A stretch of 64,000 nt of DNA, from positions 288,001-352,000 of the forward strand of contig CANJVR010000002.1 in assembly GCA_947478395.1 (NCBI GenBank). The letters are read 5' to 3'. The stretch's first letter is position 1, and each line of letters begins with the position of its first letter. The translations under genes and the position numbers were made by a program. The notes below the pieces were generated by a model, which saw only the letters and a list, made by a program, of their open reading frames with translations, was not told the DNA's origin and ran no database searches. The stretch comes from Opitutia bacterium (GTDB taxonomy: Bacteria > Verrucomicrobiota > Verrucomicrobiia > Opitutales > Opitutaceae). Below, one piece after another: positions 48,367 to 59,525 of this stretch.

Positions 48367-49830
48367 CTATGTCGTAGGGCCGGCGTTTTTTTGCAAGATA
48401 TGATAATTGGCCATGGAAATGCCGCTCAGCATCGCGCCGACAATGCCGAGAAAGCCTTGGTCGGTACCGCAGAGGTAGAGGTTGGAAAGGGCGGTTCGGC
48501 CCTGCCGGTTTTTCAACGGCGAACCGTAGATCGCACCGCCCAGATGACCGGTGAATTTCGTGATCGTCCGCGGGGTAAACATATCGGTGGCGAGGGTCGC
48601 GGCGGAAAGCTGGGCGTCGTTCACCAACGGTAGAAAACGCCGGGCGCTCGTTTGCGCCTCGTTGAACCAGTGCAGTTTCGCCGCGCGATAGTCGTCTTCT
48701 GGCAAATGGGCCCACTGCCCGTAATTCGCGAGACACGTGACACGGAAAATCCCCTCGCTCAGCGTGCGATCCGCGCCGTAGTCGAAATTATTCGGAATAC
48801 AGATGACGCCGCTGCGCGGGTCGACGGGTCCCGCCGGTTGCTCGTACGTAAAGCGCGCGGAATCGTTAAAGAAAATAATCGTGTCGCTACCCCACCCCAG
48901 CGCGGCGGGTTGGCGGTCGAGCATCGTGATCGTCTCGATGAATGACAGCCGGCCGGTCGGAGCCGGAATCTCAGATTGGGGATTTTCGATTTGTGATCGC
49001 GACCGGTCGATCAACCGACTGGTTTCTGGTGCGCCGATCGATGAGATGACGTGATCGGCCGTGATTTTTTCGCCGGTGTCGAGGACGAGAGCCGTCGCTT
49101 GGCCGCTCTGCGTCTCGATTCGTGCGACGCCGCATTTCATGCGGCGCTCGCCGCCGGCTGCGCGGTATTTCTCGAGTAGCACGCGCAGAATCACGCGCAC
49201 GCCGTCGAAAGGGCGGGCGAAGCCTTCGAGGAAGAGGGCCTTGAACATGATTACGAACTGGCCGAACTCCATGTCATGCTCCTGCGGGCTGCCGTAATAC
49301 ATCACGGGGCAAAACAGCATGTCCTCGAGCAAAGGATCACTTACATACCCGCGTACGGTGGCCCGCGCCGAAACCGGCGCGGCGTCGAGCGAAACGTCGT
49401 CGAACGCTTTGATCGCTGCGACGAGGCGCCGAAACCCGTCGATTTGAGCGGGGAATTTCATCGCGATCTCGGCTTCCAGGACCGCGAAGTCGTTCGTGAA
49501 ACGCAGCGACGTTTCGCCGCGCGGGCCGAAGGCGATGCGCGATTGCTTCTGCTCGCACAGCGCGAATTCGTCGCGCTCGATACGTAACTGGCGCAGGAGT
49601 TTCGTGAGCGGCGTGCCCTTCACGCCGGGCCGCACGAAGTTAGTCATCGCGTGCAGCCCGACATCGAATTTTCGGCCGCTCAGGCTGTAGAAACTATTTA
49701 ACCCGCCGACGGCATTGTGGCGCTCGAAGATGCAGACGCGTTTGCCGAAGTGCGCGAGCCGGATACCTGCGGCGAGCCCGGACATCCCCGCGCCGATGAT
49801 GGCGACATCGTAGTGCGAAGAACTATTCAC
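48367..49830 (-). CDS. Second phytoene desaturase (CrtI)-like FAD oxidoreductase
   Basis: YDVAIIGAGMSGL, FERHNAVGGL, FDVGLHA, FTPRTITKFTG, LYLCG. Confidence 0.85.
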   Translation of the reverse strand: MNSSSHYDVAIIGAGMSGLAAGIRLAHFGKRVCIFERHNAVGGLNSFYSLSGRKFDVGLHAMTNFVRPGVKGTPLTKLLRQLRIERDEFALCEQKQSRIAFGPRGETSLRFTNDFAVLEAEIAMKFPAQIDGFRRLVAAIKAFDDVSLDAAPVSARATVRGYVSDPLLEDMLFCPVMYYGSPQEHDMEFGQFVIMFKALFLEGFARPFDGVRVILRVLLEKYRAAGGERRMKCGVARIETQSGQATALVLDTGEKITADHVISSIGAPETSRLIDRSRSQIENPQSEIPAPTGRLSFIETITMLDRQPAALGWGSDTIIFFNDSARFTYEQPAGPVDPRSGVICIPNNFDYGADRTLSEGIFRVTCLANYGQWAHLPEDDYRAAKLHWFNEAQTSARRFLPLVNDAQLSAATLATDMFTPRTITKFTGHLGGAIYGSPLKNRQGRTALSNLYLCGTDQGFLGIVGAMLSGISMANYHILQKNAGPTT

Positions 49831-50047
49831 CGGGAGGATTTCGGATTAGGCGCGAAGCCGCGAAAGGAAAAAGGTCGGAGCCAAAGCGGATGATCCCGCG
49901 GAGAACTCGATCAAATTTTGCTCCGTCGCGTCGTTGGGCTTTAGGCAAAAAGGCGGAGGTCTTTAATCGCCCGGGGGAGCGCGGACGCCCTTGTCCTCAG
50001 CTACAATCCTGCGAAGCGTTCGAGGGCGTCGCCGCTCCGATCGAAGC

Positions 50048-50311
50048 TCAGCTCTTCGCCGCGAGCGCGTTGAACTTCGGCGTGAGGTATTCGGCGCAGC
50101 TGTCGAGCGAGGCGAGGTGTTGATAATCGGCTTCCGGCACTTCGAGGCCGTGGCGTTTGCGGAGCTCCATTACGATGTCCAAAAAATCCATGCTATCGAG
50201 CTGGAGCTGGTCGCGGAGGCGAATCTCGGGCTTCACGTTCGACAGATCTTCGTCGGGTGCGATATCGGCGATGATATCGATTACGACTTGCTTGCATTCT
50301 TCTTTGGTCAT
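50048..50311 (-). CDS. Acyl carrier protein
   Basis: LQLDSMDFLDIV phosphopantetheine motif; acidic 87 aa. Confidence 0.93.
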   Translation of the reverse strand: MTKEECKQVVIDIIADIAPDEDLSNVKPEIRLRDQLQLDSMDFLDIVMELRKRHGLEVPEADYQHLASLDSCAEYLTPKFNALAAKS

Positions 50312-50332
50312 GTGGGCTTGGTAAAAGTCGGA

Positions 50333-51571
50333 TTACGGGTGAAACCGTTTAACAATCAACGCGGAATTTATCCCGAGCATTCCGAAGGAATTGTTAAGGA
50401 TGGTCTCCACTTTTTCAACCTTCCGCGGTTGATTTAGGACCAGGCCCGGGATTGCACACTGCGGGTCGAGATCATCGACGTTGATGCTGGGATGCACGAT
50501 CAGGTCATCGAACGACGGCAGGTTGCCCGCCAGTTCGAGCGCGCCGGCGGCACCCATGCAGTGCCCGATGAAACTCTTGGTGTTGTTAATGTAAGTATCG
50601 GGACAGCCCTCGCCAAACACCGCGCGGATCGCCTCGCATTCCTGGATGTCGCCGAGTGGCGTCGCGGTGGCGTGGGTGTTGACGATGTGGATGTCGCGGG
50701 GCGTGAGGCCAGCGCGGGAGATCGAGGCCCGCACGCATTCGGCCTGCCGGACCGGATTGGGGAGGACGTAGTCGGAAGCGTCGGAATTAACGTGGTAGCC
50801 GGCGATCTCGGCGTAGATTTTCGCGCCGCGGGCCACGGCGTCGTCGAGGCGTTCCAGTGTGTAGAGACAGCCGCCTTCGGAGATGACGATGCCGTTCCGG
50901 GCCTTGTCGAATGGGCGCGAGGCTTTCTTCGGGTCTTCGTGCGTCGCGAGTGCGTTCTGGGATTTGAAGCCCGCGAAAATTCCGAACGTGTGGATGCTTT
51001 CGCTCACGCCGCCGCAAATCGCGAAGTCCACTTCACCCAAGCGCAGCATTTGCGTGGCGTGAATGAGACCCATGTTACCGGCGGCGCAGGCGGCGCCGAT
51101 CGTGTAGGCGGGACCGGTGATACCGAGATTGAGCGAAGTTTCGCCCGCTGGGTTGTTGGCGACGGTGCGGGGATTATGGTAGTGCGACCAAAACTTCGTG
51201 TCGTAGTTAAATTTCGAGATGTTGTAGATTTCGTTCTCGGTTTCGACGTTACCATGTTCGGTGCAGCCGATGTAGATGCCGATGCGATCCTTCGGCAGCG
51301 CCTCGTAGTTTACCCCGCTGTCGGCCAGTGCTTCGCGCGCGCAGTAGATCGAGATCGAGCCGGCACGGGTGCCGACGCGGACTTCTTTTTTCTTCTGATA
51401 CTTCAGCGGGTCGTAGTGGCAGACCCCCGCGAGTTGGGAGCCCATGTAGCGAACTTCCATCCGCTCGATGCCCGCGACGCCGTTGAGCAGGTTTTGCCGG
51501 AATTCGGCCAGCGTGTTGCCGTTCGGGGCGGTGAGACCTAGTCCAGTGATGACGATGCGCGCGGGCTTCAT
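50333..51571 (-). CDS. Beta-ketoacyl-ACP synthase (FabF/FabB family)
   Basis: IVITGLG, GAACAAG, SRPFD..RNG, NTHATAT, KSFIGHCMGAAG, NNSFG. Confidence 0.93.
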   Translation of the reverse strand: MKPARIVITGLGLTAPNGNTLAEFRQNLLNGVAGIERMEVRYMGSQLAGVCHYDPLKYQKKKEVRVGTRAGSISIYCAREALADSGVNYEALPKDRIGIYIGCTEHGNVETENEIYNISKFNYDTKFWSHYHNPRTVANNPAGETSLNLGITGPAYTIGAACAAGNMGLIHATQMLRLGEVDFAICGGVSESIHTFGIFAGFKSQNALATHEDPKKASRPFDKARNGIVISEGGCLYTLERLDDAVARGAKIYAEIAGYHVNSDASDYVLPNPVRQAECVRASISRAGLTPRDIHIVNTHATATPLGDIQECEAIRAVFGEGCPDTYINNTKSFIGHCMGAAGALELAGNLPSFDDLIVHPSINVDDLDPQCAIPGLVLNQPRKVEKVETILNNSFGMLGINSALIVKRFHP

Positions 51572-51633
51572 TAAATAGGGAGCGGAAATCGCTAGCCAAC
51601 CTCCGCTCGAAAGCAATACAACGATCATTCATT

Positions 51634-52632
51634 ATGAACGTTCTTGTCGTCGGAGGAGCCGGGTATATCGGCAGTCACTGTGTCCGCCAACTGCTCGCTG
51701 CCGGCCATCAGCCGGTGGTGCTCGACAACCTGGTTTTCGGCCACCGTGCGGCCGTGCCCAAGGACGTGCCGTTTTACAGCGTCAACCTCGGTAACGAGAG
51801 CGAAGTCGGCAAGATCTTCAAGAAGGAGAAGATCGAGGTGGTCATGCATTTCGCGGCCTACGCTTATGTGGGTGAAAGCGTGACCGATCCGTTGAAGTAT
51901 TATTTCAACAACGTCGCCGCCCCACTCCATCTCCTCCGCTGCATGCTGGGCTTTGGCGTGAAGAAATTTGTACTCTCGTCCACGTGTGCGACCTACGGCG
52001 TGCCGTCCGCGATGCCGATCGTCGAAACGACGCCGCAGGTGCCGATCAATCCCTACGGCCAGACCAAACTCGATCTCGAGAACGCGCTCAAGGCGCTCGC
52101 GCATGCGCACGGTTTCAGCTTTGCCGCTTTTCGCTACTTCAACGCTGCGGGCGCCGCCGAAGACGGAACCATCGGCGAGGACCACGCGCCCGAGATGCAC
52201 CTCATTCCGGGTGCGATCGGCGCGGCGACGGGCCAGCGCCCTGCCCTGCAAGTTTTTGGGACCGACTACCCGACGCCCGACGGCACGTGCCTTCGCGACT
52301 ATGTGCACGTCGACGACATCAGCCGCGCTCACATCGCCGTCTTCAAACAGCTCGAGCAACCTGGAGCCGCTCATTTCTACAACCTTGGCACTGGCAAACC
52401 GACGTCGGTCTTGGAAGTGATCCGTGCGATCGAAAAGGTGACCGGAAAAACGGTGCCCTACACGACCGCCCCGCGGCGGGCCGGCGATCCGCCCGCGCTT
52501 TACGCGGACTCCACCAAGGCAAAGACAGAACTCGGCTGGGAAACCAAATTCAACGACATCGAGTCCATCGTGGCCTCGGCTTGGAAATGGCATTCCGCGC
52601 ACCCGAAGGGTTATGATGACCGGAAAAAATAA
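51634..52632 (+). CDS. galE: UDP-glucose 4-epimerase
   Basis: GGAGYIGSH, HFAA, VGES, NPYGQTK, RYFNAAGA, DGTCLRDYVHV, RRAGDP. Confidence 0.95.
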   Translation: MNVLVVGGAGYIGSHCVRQLLAAGHQPVVLDNLVFGHRAAVPKDVPFYSVNLGNESEVGKIFKKEKIEVVMHFAAYAYVGESVTDPLKYYFNNVAAPLHLLRCMLGFGVKKFVLSSTCATYGVPSAMPIVETTPQVPINPYGQTKLDLENALKALAHAHGFSFAAFRYFNAAGAAEDGTIGEDHAPEMHLIPGAIGAATGQRPALQVFGTDYPTPDGTCLRDYVHVDDISRAHIAVFKQLEQPGAAHFYNLGTGKPTSVLEVIRAIEKVTGKTVPYTTAPRRAGDPPALYADSTKAKTELGWETKFNDIESIVASAWKWHSAHPKGYDDRKK

Positions 52633-52747
52633 TTCTTCGCTGATTTGAGATCAGGATCACGATTCTTTCAATCGGCCCACGCGGGGTCCGACTGCCTCGA
52701 TCTTCGGGATTCGTTCGGAAGCTGACCGCAATCTGGCGCGCTCCGCG

Positions 52748-53033
52748 ATTTTCGCCCGATGCCTAGAGCGGTTTAAGCGAATACTTAGACGCTCAGGTTG
52801 TAGCGGCGGGCGTCCCTGCCGGCCGAAGCGAGGACGCCGACGGCGGCAGGCAGAGACGCCTGCCGCTACGTAAAACGGCCACGTTCCGCTATTTTCGCCC
52901 GATGCCTAGAGCGGTTTAAGCGAATACTTAGACGCTCAGGTTGCAGCGGCGGGCGTCCCTGCCGGCCGAAGCGAGCACGCCGACGGCAGCAGGCAGAGAC
53001 GCCTGCCGCTACGCAAAACGGCCACGTGCCGCT
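52748..53033. repeat. Tandem duplication of a 143-bp unit, each with an inverted pair of GTAG-type REP-like sequences
   Basis: Copies 52748-52890 and 52891-53033 differ at a few positions; internal GTAGCGGCGGGCGTCCCTGCC ... GGCAGAGACGCCTGCCGCTAC. Confidence 0.85.
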
Positions 53034-53060
53034 GGCCCAGTCGTAGCGGCGGACCCAGCC

Positions 53061-53498
53061 TTATTTCGCTATTTTGACGATGAGGTAGAGAAACGTGCCG
53101 TTCACTTCGCTGAACCAATGCGGGACGCCGCTGGGAATGACGATGATGTCGCCCTTCGTCAGCTTGTGCGCCACGCCACCGATAATTTTATCCCCGCGGA
53201 TTTCGCCGACCGCCGTCGTTTTTGGGTTCTCGATGGTTCCACCGGTGATGAAGGTCGCGGTGCCCTCGGTGACGTAAAGGATGTCCGTGTCGTGCTCGTG
53301 CTGTTCGACCGTCCCGGGCATCACACGATGACCGCCTTGAATTTTGTAGCTCGTGTTGATGAGCATCGGGAGGCCTTTGGCGAAGGCATCGTCGACCTGA
53401 GCATGGCTGAGCAGGACGGGTTCCTTCGGCGGGGCGTCGACCGCCACGGCGCGGGACAGGAGCGCGAGGGAGAAAAGTAAGAGCTTGGGGGTTTTCAT
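53061..53498 (-). CDS. Exported cupin-domain protein
   Basis: Signal peptide; EQHEHDTDILYVTEG; KGDIIVIPSGVPHWF. Confidence 0.85.
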   Translation of the reverse strand: MKTPKLLLFSLALLSRAVAVDAPPKEPVLLSHAQVDDAFAKGLPMLINTSYKIQGGHRVMPGTVEQHEHDTDILYVTEGTATFITGGTIENPKTTAVGEIRGDKIIGGVAHKLTKGDIIVIPSGVPHWFSEVNGTFLYLIVKIAK

Positions 53499-53538
53499 AT
53501 GGGGTAAGGAAGTGGACACCAGAGTGACGACGATTTTT

Positions 53539-54330
53539 TTATTTTCCACCCGGACCGTAGCCGGCGGCGGGTTGGCCATCATCCTTTAATTTACCGCACG
53601 CCCACAACAGACCGCGGGTGACGAGATCGAGATACGCTGGCGTGGACATCGTTTCATTAGTGTGACCGAGCGTCGTGACGAACGAGCGGCCTTTGCCATA
53701 GGTGTTGGTCCAGATCACGACGTGCTCCTGCTTTGTTTCCTGGCCGTAGGATTTCGCCATGGGCACGACGGACGGCCACGTCTTCTCGATTTTGTAGAGT
53801 TCATCCTGCGCGTCGGCCCACGTCTCGGGAAATCCTTGCATCACTGAGCTGCCGGTTCCGAGTGATTTGATCACAATATCCCGCCTGGTCTCGTGGCTCA
53901 TCGAGCGCTGGCCGATCACCTGACGCCATTCGTCCGTCGGCGCGTTACGGAAGCTGTGCACCGAGGCATGTAAAATGACGGCGGGCAGTCCGGCGCGGTG
54001 CGGAGCGGCGACGCGTTCGACGAACTCCTTGTCGTCGACCAGGCCGAAGCATTCGTTGTGCACAATCACATCGTAGCCTTTGGCCCAGTCGGCTTTTTCG
54101 TAGATGCTCATGCGGTGCTCGCGCGTGTCGCCTTCCTGCACGACGGTGAACTCGACGTTGGCGCGGGCCGAGATGCCCTCGGCTAGAATCTTCTTTTGCG
54201 CGGTGTAATCGTGGAACCCACCACCCGTCACGAGCAGAACTTTCAGCGGCTTGATTTTCTCGGCGGCGCCGAGGAACCCGGCGGAGAGCGCGATCCCGAG
54301 AAGCCAGGGGAGAAACCGGATTTTTTTCAC
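53539..54330 (-). CDS. ThuA-like (class I glutamine amidotransferase-like) exported protein
   Basis: GTG start, signal peptide; LLVTGGGFHDY, DELY, WTNTYGKGRSFVTTLGH, RGLLWA. Confidence 0.82.
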   Translation of the reverse strand: MKKIRFLPWLLGIALSAGFLGAAEKIKPLKVLLVTGGGFHDYTAQKKILAEGISARANVEFTVVQEGDTREHRMSIYEKADWAKGYDVIVHNECFGLVDDKEFVERVAAPHRAGLPAVILHASVHSFRNAPTDEWRQVIGQRSMSHETRRDIVIKSLGTGSSVMQGFPETWADAQDELYKIEKTWPSVVPMAKSYGQETKQEHVVIWTNTYGKGRSFVTTLGHTNETMSTPAYLDLVTRGLLWACGKLKDDGQPAAGYGPGGK

Positions 54331-54353
54331 GGAGGGTCGAAGTGGAGCGACGT

Positions 54354-55352
54354 TTACTTGGCTGCGGCCGGGGCGGGAGCTGGCCCGGGCACGGGCGCGA
54401 CGGCCGCCCGGGGCCCCGGGAATTTCGGGAGGGCATTCGCCTGCGGAGCGAATTGGGCCAGGTTGGGTGTCACGTCCGCCTCGACGCGGCCCAACGCCCA
54501 GTTCAAGCCGCCGACGAGCACCGATTGAAAAACCGGATTGGCCCACACATCGATCCGGTGACCCATGCTCGTGTAAAACACCCGGCCTTTGCCCTGCATC
54601 CGGGCCCACGTCGAGGGATAGGCCGCACGCGCGTAGGACGGGCCTTTCATCCCGGACGTGTCGTGAACGAGCAGGACGTGCAGGTCGGAGGGAAAATTCT
54701 TCAATGAATACCATTCCTCTTCCGGGCCGAAGTCGGTCGGCACGGCGCTCATCCCGGGAAATTTGGCGTCGGCGATGATGAATTTCGTTGGTTGCTGCGC
54801 GTCGTGCTTGATGAACTCGCCGCCCAACATCCGGACGTATGGGTCGGCTTTGTCGCCGTCGGTTATGTAACGCGCGGGTGTGCTGTCATCGCGGCCGTCC
54901 GGCGAATGAAACGTGTCGGCCGCGCTGTGGACGCCGATGAATCCCTTGCCCATTTCGATCGCCTTCAGGAACGCCGCCTTGCCCTCGGGGGACATCGGCG
55001 GGTTGCCGTCGCCGGCTTGGGCGGTGTTTTTCGCCAGCGTGAGATCGCCGGTCGAGTAAAAGAGAAAGGCATCGAACTGCGCGAGGTAGGCCGGCGTGAA
55101 GAGACTGCCGTCTTTCGAGACCGTGAATTCGATGTTATTTTTTTCGCCCAGTTCCTTAAGGACCGGGAGGGCGTAGCCGGGTTGGCCGTTGCGCATGGCG
55201 ACCTTCACGGCGTCGTGCTCGTAACCCGACGATTTCGTGAAGACCAAAACTTTTTTCGGGGCCGGGGTGGACGCGGCGCGAACGGCGGAGGCGAACGTCA
55301 GCGCGGCGCCGAGGCTGCAAACGAGGAGGAGGCGGAATGGGGCAGTTTTCAT
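54354..55352 (-). CDS. ThuA-like exported protein
   Basis: KVLVFTKSSGYEH, GFIGVHSAADT, EEWY, GKGRVFYTSMGH. Confidence 0.85.
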   Translation of the reverse strand: MKTAPFRLLLVCSLGAALTFASAVRAASTPAPKKVLVFTKSSGYEHDAVKVAMRNGQPGYALPVLKELGEKNNIEFTVSKDGSLFTPAYLAQFDAFLFYSTGDLTLAKNTAQAGDGNPPMSPEGKAAFLKAIEMGKGFIGVHSAADTFHSPDGRDDSTPARYITDGDKADPYVRMLGGEFIKHDAQQPTKFIIADAKFPGMSAVPTDFGPEEEWYSLKNFPSDLHVLLVHDTSGMKGPSYARAAYPSTWARMQGKGRVFYTSMGHRIDVWANPVFQSVLVGGLNWALGRVEADVTPNLAQFAPQANALPKFPGPRAAVAPVPGPAPAPAAAK

Positions 55353-55501
55353 GGGGTAAAGATGGCTGAGAATATCTTTAGAAGCGACGAGAGGCCGGAG
55401 GCGGAAATGCGCCCGCCCCGCCCGTTTGGGCCTCCGCTTTGGGGCGGATTTTTCCGGGTTACCCGCTGGCTAGAGGCGAGGCGTTGTTTTGGGGTGCGCG
55501 G

Positions 55502-56998
<1,497 letters not shown>

Positions 56999-57078
56999 GT
57001 GCTATCGGAACGAAGACGAACTCGCAGAACCTAACGAAGACGCTGGCGATTTCCGTCAGTCCGCTTTGTTTAATTTGC

Positions 57079-57885
57079 ATGCTAAGGTGGTCAATAAACT
57101 TGTTCCGCATTCGGGGCATCCAACTCGCGTTGCACGGCAGCTTTCTCCTTCTCCTCGCCTACTCGGCGTGGGAAGGCTGGCAGGATTCCGGTATGCAAGG
57201 CATGGCGTGGAGCACGGTCATCCTACTGGCGTTTTTTACCTGCGTGGTGCTGCACGAACTGGGGCATTCGTTCGCGGCCATGCATTTCGGAGTCGGTGTG
57301 CGTCGTATTTTATTGATGCCCATTGGCGGCATGGCCGAATTCAGTGCGATCCCGCGTGAGCCGGGCCGCGAGTTCCTGATCACGATCGCCGGGCCGGCCG
57401 TGAATTTCGTAATCGTCGGTATTCTTTGGCTGTGGGTCGGGCTACCGGACGTCTGGTTCAGCGCCGATTATCCGGCCGGCCTCACCGATTTCCTTCATGT
57501 GCTGCTACGGTGGAATTTGACCATGGGCATTTTCAACCTCGCGCCGGTGTTCCCGATGGATGGTGGACGGATTTTGCGCGCGGTGCTCGCGACGTGGCTG
57601 CCGTATCTCCGCGCCACGTTCTGGGCGGCGACGATCGGGAAGATTCTGGCCGCAATTGCGGCCGTGACGGTGGTGTGGCTTTTAGATGCCTACATGCTCG
57701 GTGCGCTTTTTGCGTTCATCTACTTTGCCGCCGACCTGGAGTACAAATCGGCGCAGCAGCGGGAAATGCAGGATGAACAATGGCGCCAGAGTTGGGCGGG
57801 CTTCGGAGCCTCGCCGCTGATCGCGGAGCCTCCTTTGCTGAGTTCGTTTGCGGAGCCAGCCCCGCCCGGAAACGGTCCGGCTTGA
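57079..57885 (+). CDS. Site-2 protease family (M50) metalloprotease
   Basis: HELGH, IAGPAVN, FNLAPVFPMDGGRI. Confidence 0.93.
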   Translation: MLRWSINLFRIRGIQLALHGSFLLLLAYSAWEGWQDSGMQGMAWSTVILLAFFTCVVLHELGHSFAAMHFGVGVRRILLMPIGGMAEFSAIPREPGREFLITIAGPAVNFVIVGILWLWVGLPDVWFSADYPAGLTDFLHVLLRWNLTMGIFNLAPVFPMDGGRILRAVLATWLPYLRATFWAATIGKILAAIAAVTVVWLLDAYMLGALFAFIYFAADLEYKSAQQREMQDEQWRQSWAGFGASPLIAEPPLLSSFAEPAPPGNGPA

Positions 57886-57945
57886 AAAAACTCCTTGCGT
57901 TCGCCGGCGGAATTTTGATTTTCCTCGCCCCTCGCGCAAGCGAAT

Positions 57946-58021
57946 GGGCTCTTAGCTCAGTTGGTAGAGCGCCTCAATGGCATTGAGGAGGTCAGCGGTT
58001 CAAGCCCGCTAGGGTCCACCA
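57946..58021 (+). tRNA. tRNA-Ala (anticodon GGC)
   Basis: GGGCTCTTAGCTCAGTTGGTAGAGCGCCTCAATGGCATTGAGG...TTCAAG...AGGGTCCACCA; G3:U70 pair. Confidence 0.96.
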
Positions 58022-58025
58022 TTTT

Positions 58026-58072
58026 AAAAACGCCGCAGGGCCAACCGAGACGGTTGGCCCTGCGGCGTTTTT
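58026..58072. terminator. Bidirectional intrinsic terminator
   Basis: AAAAACGCCGCAGGGCCAACCG AGA CGGTTGGCCCTGCGGCGTTTTT between the convergent tRNA and tonB-like gene. Confidence 0.85.
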
Positions 58073-58138
58073 CAGTTTTGGGTTTCGAGTTGTCGGAAAT
58101 CGGAGGGGGATGTCGGGCAAAACACCGATCGCTCCTGC

Positions 58139-59047
58139 TCAGTTCGCGTCTTCGTCGCGCATTTTGAAATCGAGTTTCACCTCGTCGCCTTTGCCGTCCG
58201 GACGTTTCCCGATCGATTCGGTTTTTCGAATGGCGTCCATGACCGACCGGTCAAATTCGGCATTACGCGAAGATTTCACGATGCGGGGCCGTGAAATAGC
58301 GCCGTCGGCCGAAACGAAGAACGCCACGGTTGCCGTGAGCGTGTCGCTCACGCCCGGAGGCTTTTCGTGGTTTTCCTTCAGGCGTGCCTTCAACAGGGCA
58401 AAATAGGACTCGTTCAGGTCCATTTCTTCCCGCGTCAGCGCTTTGCCACCGGCGCCACCGACTTTGTTTTCTTGCGAGCCACCGATGACGCCTTGGCGAA
58501 TGCCTGCGGCGTCGATGTGTTTGATCTTCGCTGCCGCTTCCTCGGCCTTCTGGCGGCGCAAGGCTTCGGCCGCCAATTTTTGCTTATACTGCGCTTCCAG
58601 CCGGGTGGCGCGTTTTGTGGCGATGCGTTTGACGTCAGCGGCGAAATCCGGGGCCTTTTCAGGTTTGGCCGGCGCTGTCGCGGACGGTGTGGTCGGGGCC
58701 GGCGGTTTCGGCACCGGCGCGGGCGCGGGTACGGGCTTAGGCGGCGGGGGTTCTTCGATTGGGGCGGCTACGATCGGCGAAGCCTCGGGCGCCGGCGGCA
58801 CGGGTTCCACCACCGGCGGCGCAGGCTTGGGTGGATCGGGAATACTGACTTTAATACCGTCTGGCGTTCCAAGGGCGGCCGCGACCGTCGCCGCGTAATT
58901 ATTGCCTGGACCCGCCACCAGTTCGAAAATTTTGGCCTGATCTTTGACGGGTTCCATCGCGACGTAGCCACCGAGGAAAATCAACGCGACGATCACGGCG
59001 TGCATCAGCGCCGAGAGGATAAAAGCGTTTCGCGTGCGATCGGACAT
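58139..59047 (-). CDS. TonB/TolA-family energy transducer
   Basis: N-terminal TM with SALMH, Pro-rich linker, C-terminal VSADGAI...SSRNAEFDRSVMDAI. Confidence 0.88.
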   Translation of the reverse strand: MSDRTRNAFILSALMHAVIVALIFLGGYVAMEPVKDQAKIFELVAGPGNNYAATVAAALGTPDGIKVSIPDPPKPAPPVVEPVPPAPEASPIVAAPIEEPPPPKPVPAPAPVPKPPAPTTPSATAPAKPEKAPDFAADVKRIATKRATRLEAQYKQKLAAEALRRQKAEEAAAKIKHIDAAGIRQGVIGGSQENKVGGAGGKALTREEMDLNESYFALLKARLKENHEKPPGVSDTLTATVAFFVSADGAISRPRIVKSSRNAEFDRSVMDAIRKTESIGKRPDGKGDEVKLDFKMRDEDAN

Positions 59048-59076
59048 TGCGGAAAAGTGCGCTCGCGTCGGTCAGA

Positions 59077-59511
59077 TCACCCACCGGTCTGCGTGTCCAA
59101 TGTGAATTTCAGCAGGTTGGCCCGTTTCAGTTCGTCGGTGAGTTGTACGATGCGTTTGTAGGAAACGTCGCCGTCGCCCCGGACCCGCATAATGGGCGGT
59201 TTGGCCTCGGTCGCGTAAGCGCGGAGACGGGTCCTCAGCTCGGGCACCGTGAGCGGCGTGGGCTTCCCATCGAGGAAGAAATTACCCTTCGCATCCACGG
59301 CGATGGCGACGAAACGAACGTCCTTGTCGGGCTTCTCCTGCGGGCTCTTTGATTCGACCGGCAGGTTAACTGGAATCGTCTGCTCGTTCTTGATGACCGA
59401 TGCCGCGACCATGAAAATAATCAGCAGCATGAACCCGAGATCGATCAGGTTGGTCACGTTCAGCTCCGCGATCGGATGGGTAGCGTGTTTCCGGCGGAAG
59501 GTGCGAGCCAT
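59077..59511 (-). CDS. ExbD/TolR family protein
   Basis: ELNVTNLIDLGFMLLIIFMV, VNLP, VRGDGDVSY. Confidence 0.9.
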   Translation of the reverse strand: MARTFRRKHATHPIAELNVTNLIDLGFMLLIIFMVAASVIKNEQTIPVNLPVESKSPQEKPDKDVRFVAIAVDAKGNFFLDGKPTPLTVPELRTRLRAYATEAKPPIMRVRGDGDVSYKRIVQLTDELKRANLLKFTLDTQTGG

Positions 59512-59525
59512 GGCGTGTGCTCCCG

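Noticed and set aside
46001..49830. Carotenoid biosynthesis genes
   Set aside because: CrtI-like folds are present, but there is no crtB/crtE and the context is ACP/FAS/Ole.
50492..51541. Long antisense ORFs here and at 5654-6670, 6908-7774, 51625-52602 and 55763-57034
   Set aside because: Shadow ORFs opposite well-supported genes, expected from GC-rich codon bias.
52748..53033. Second CRISPR array
   Set aside because: Whole 143-bp units are duplicated with no unique spacers; the structure is REP-like.
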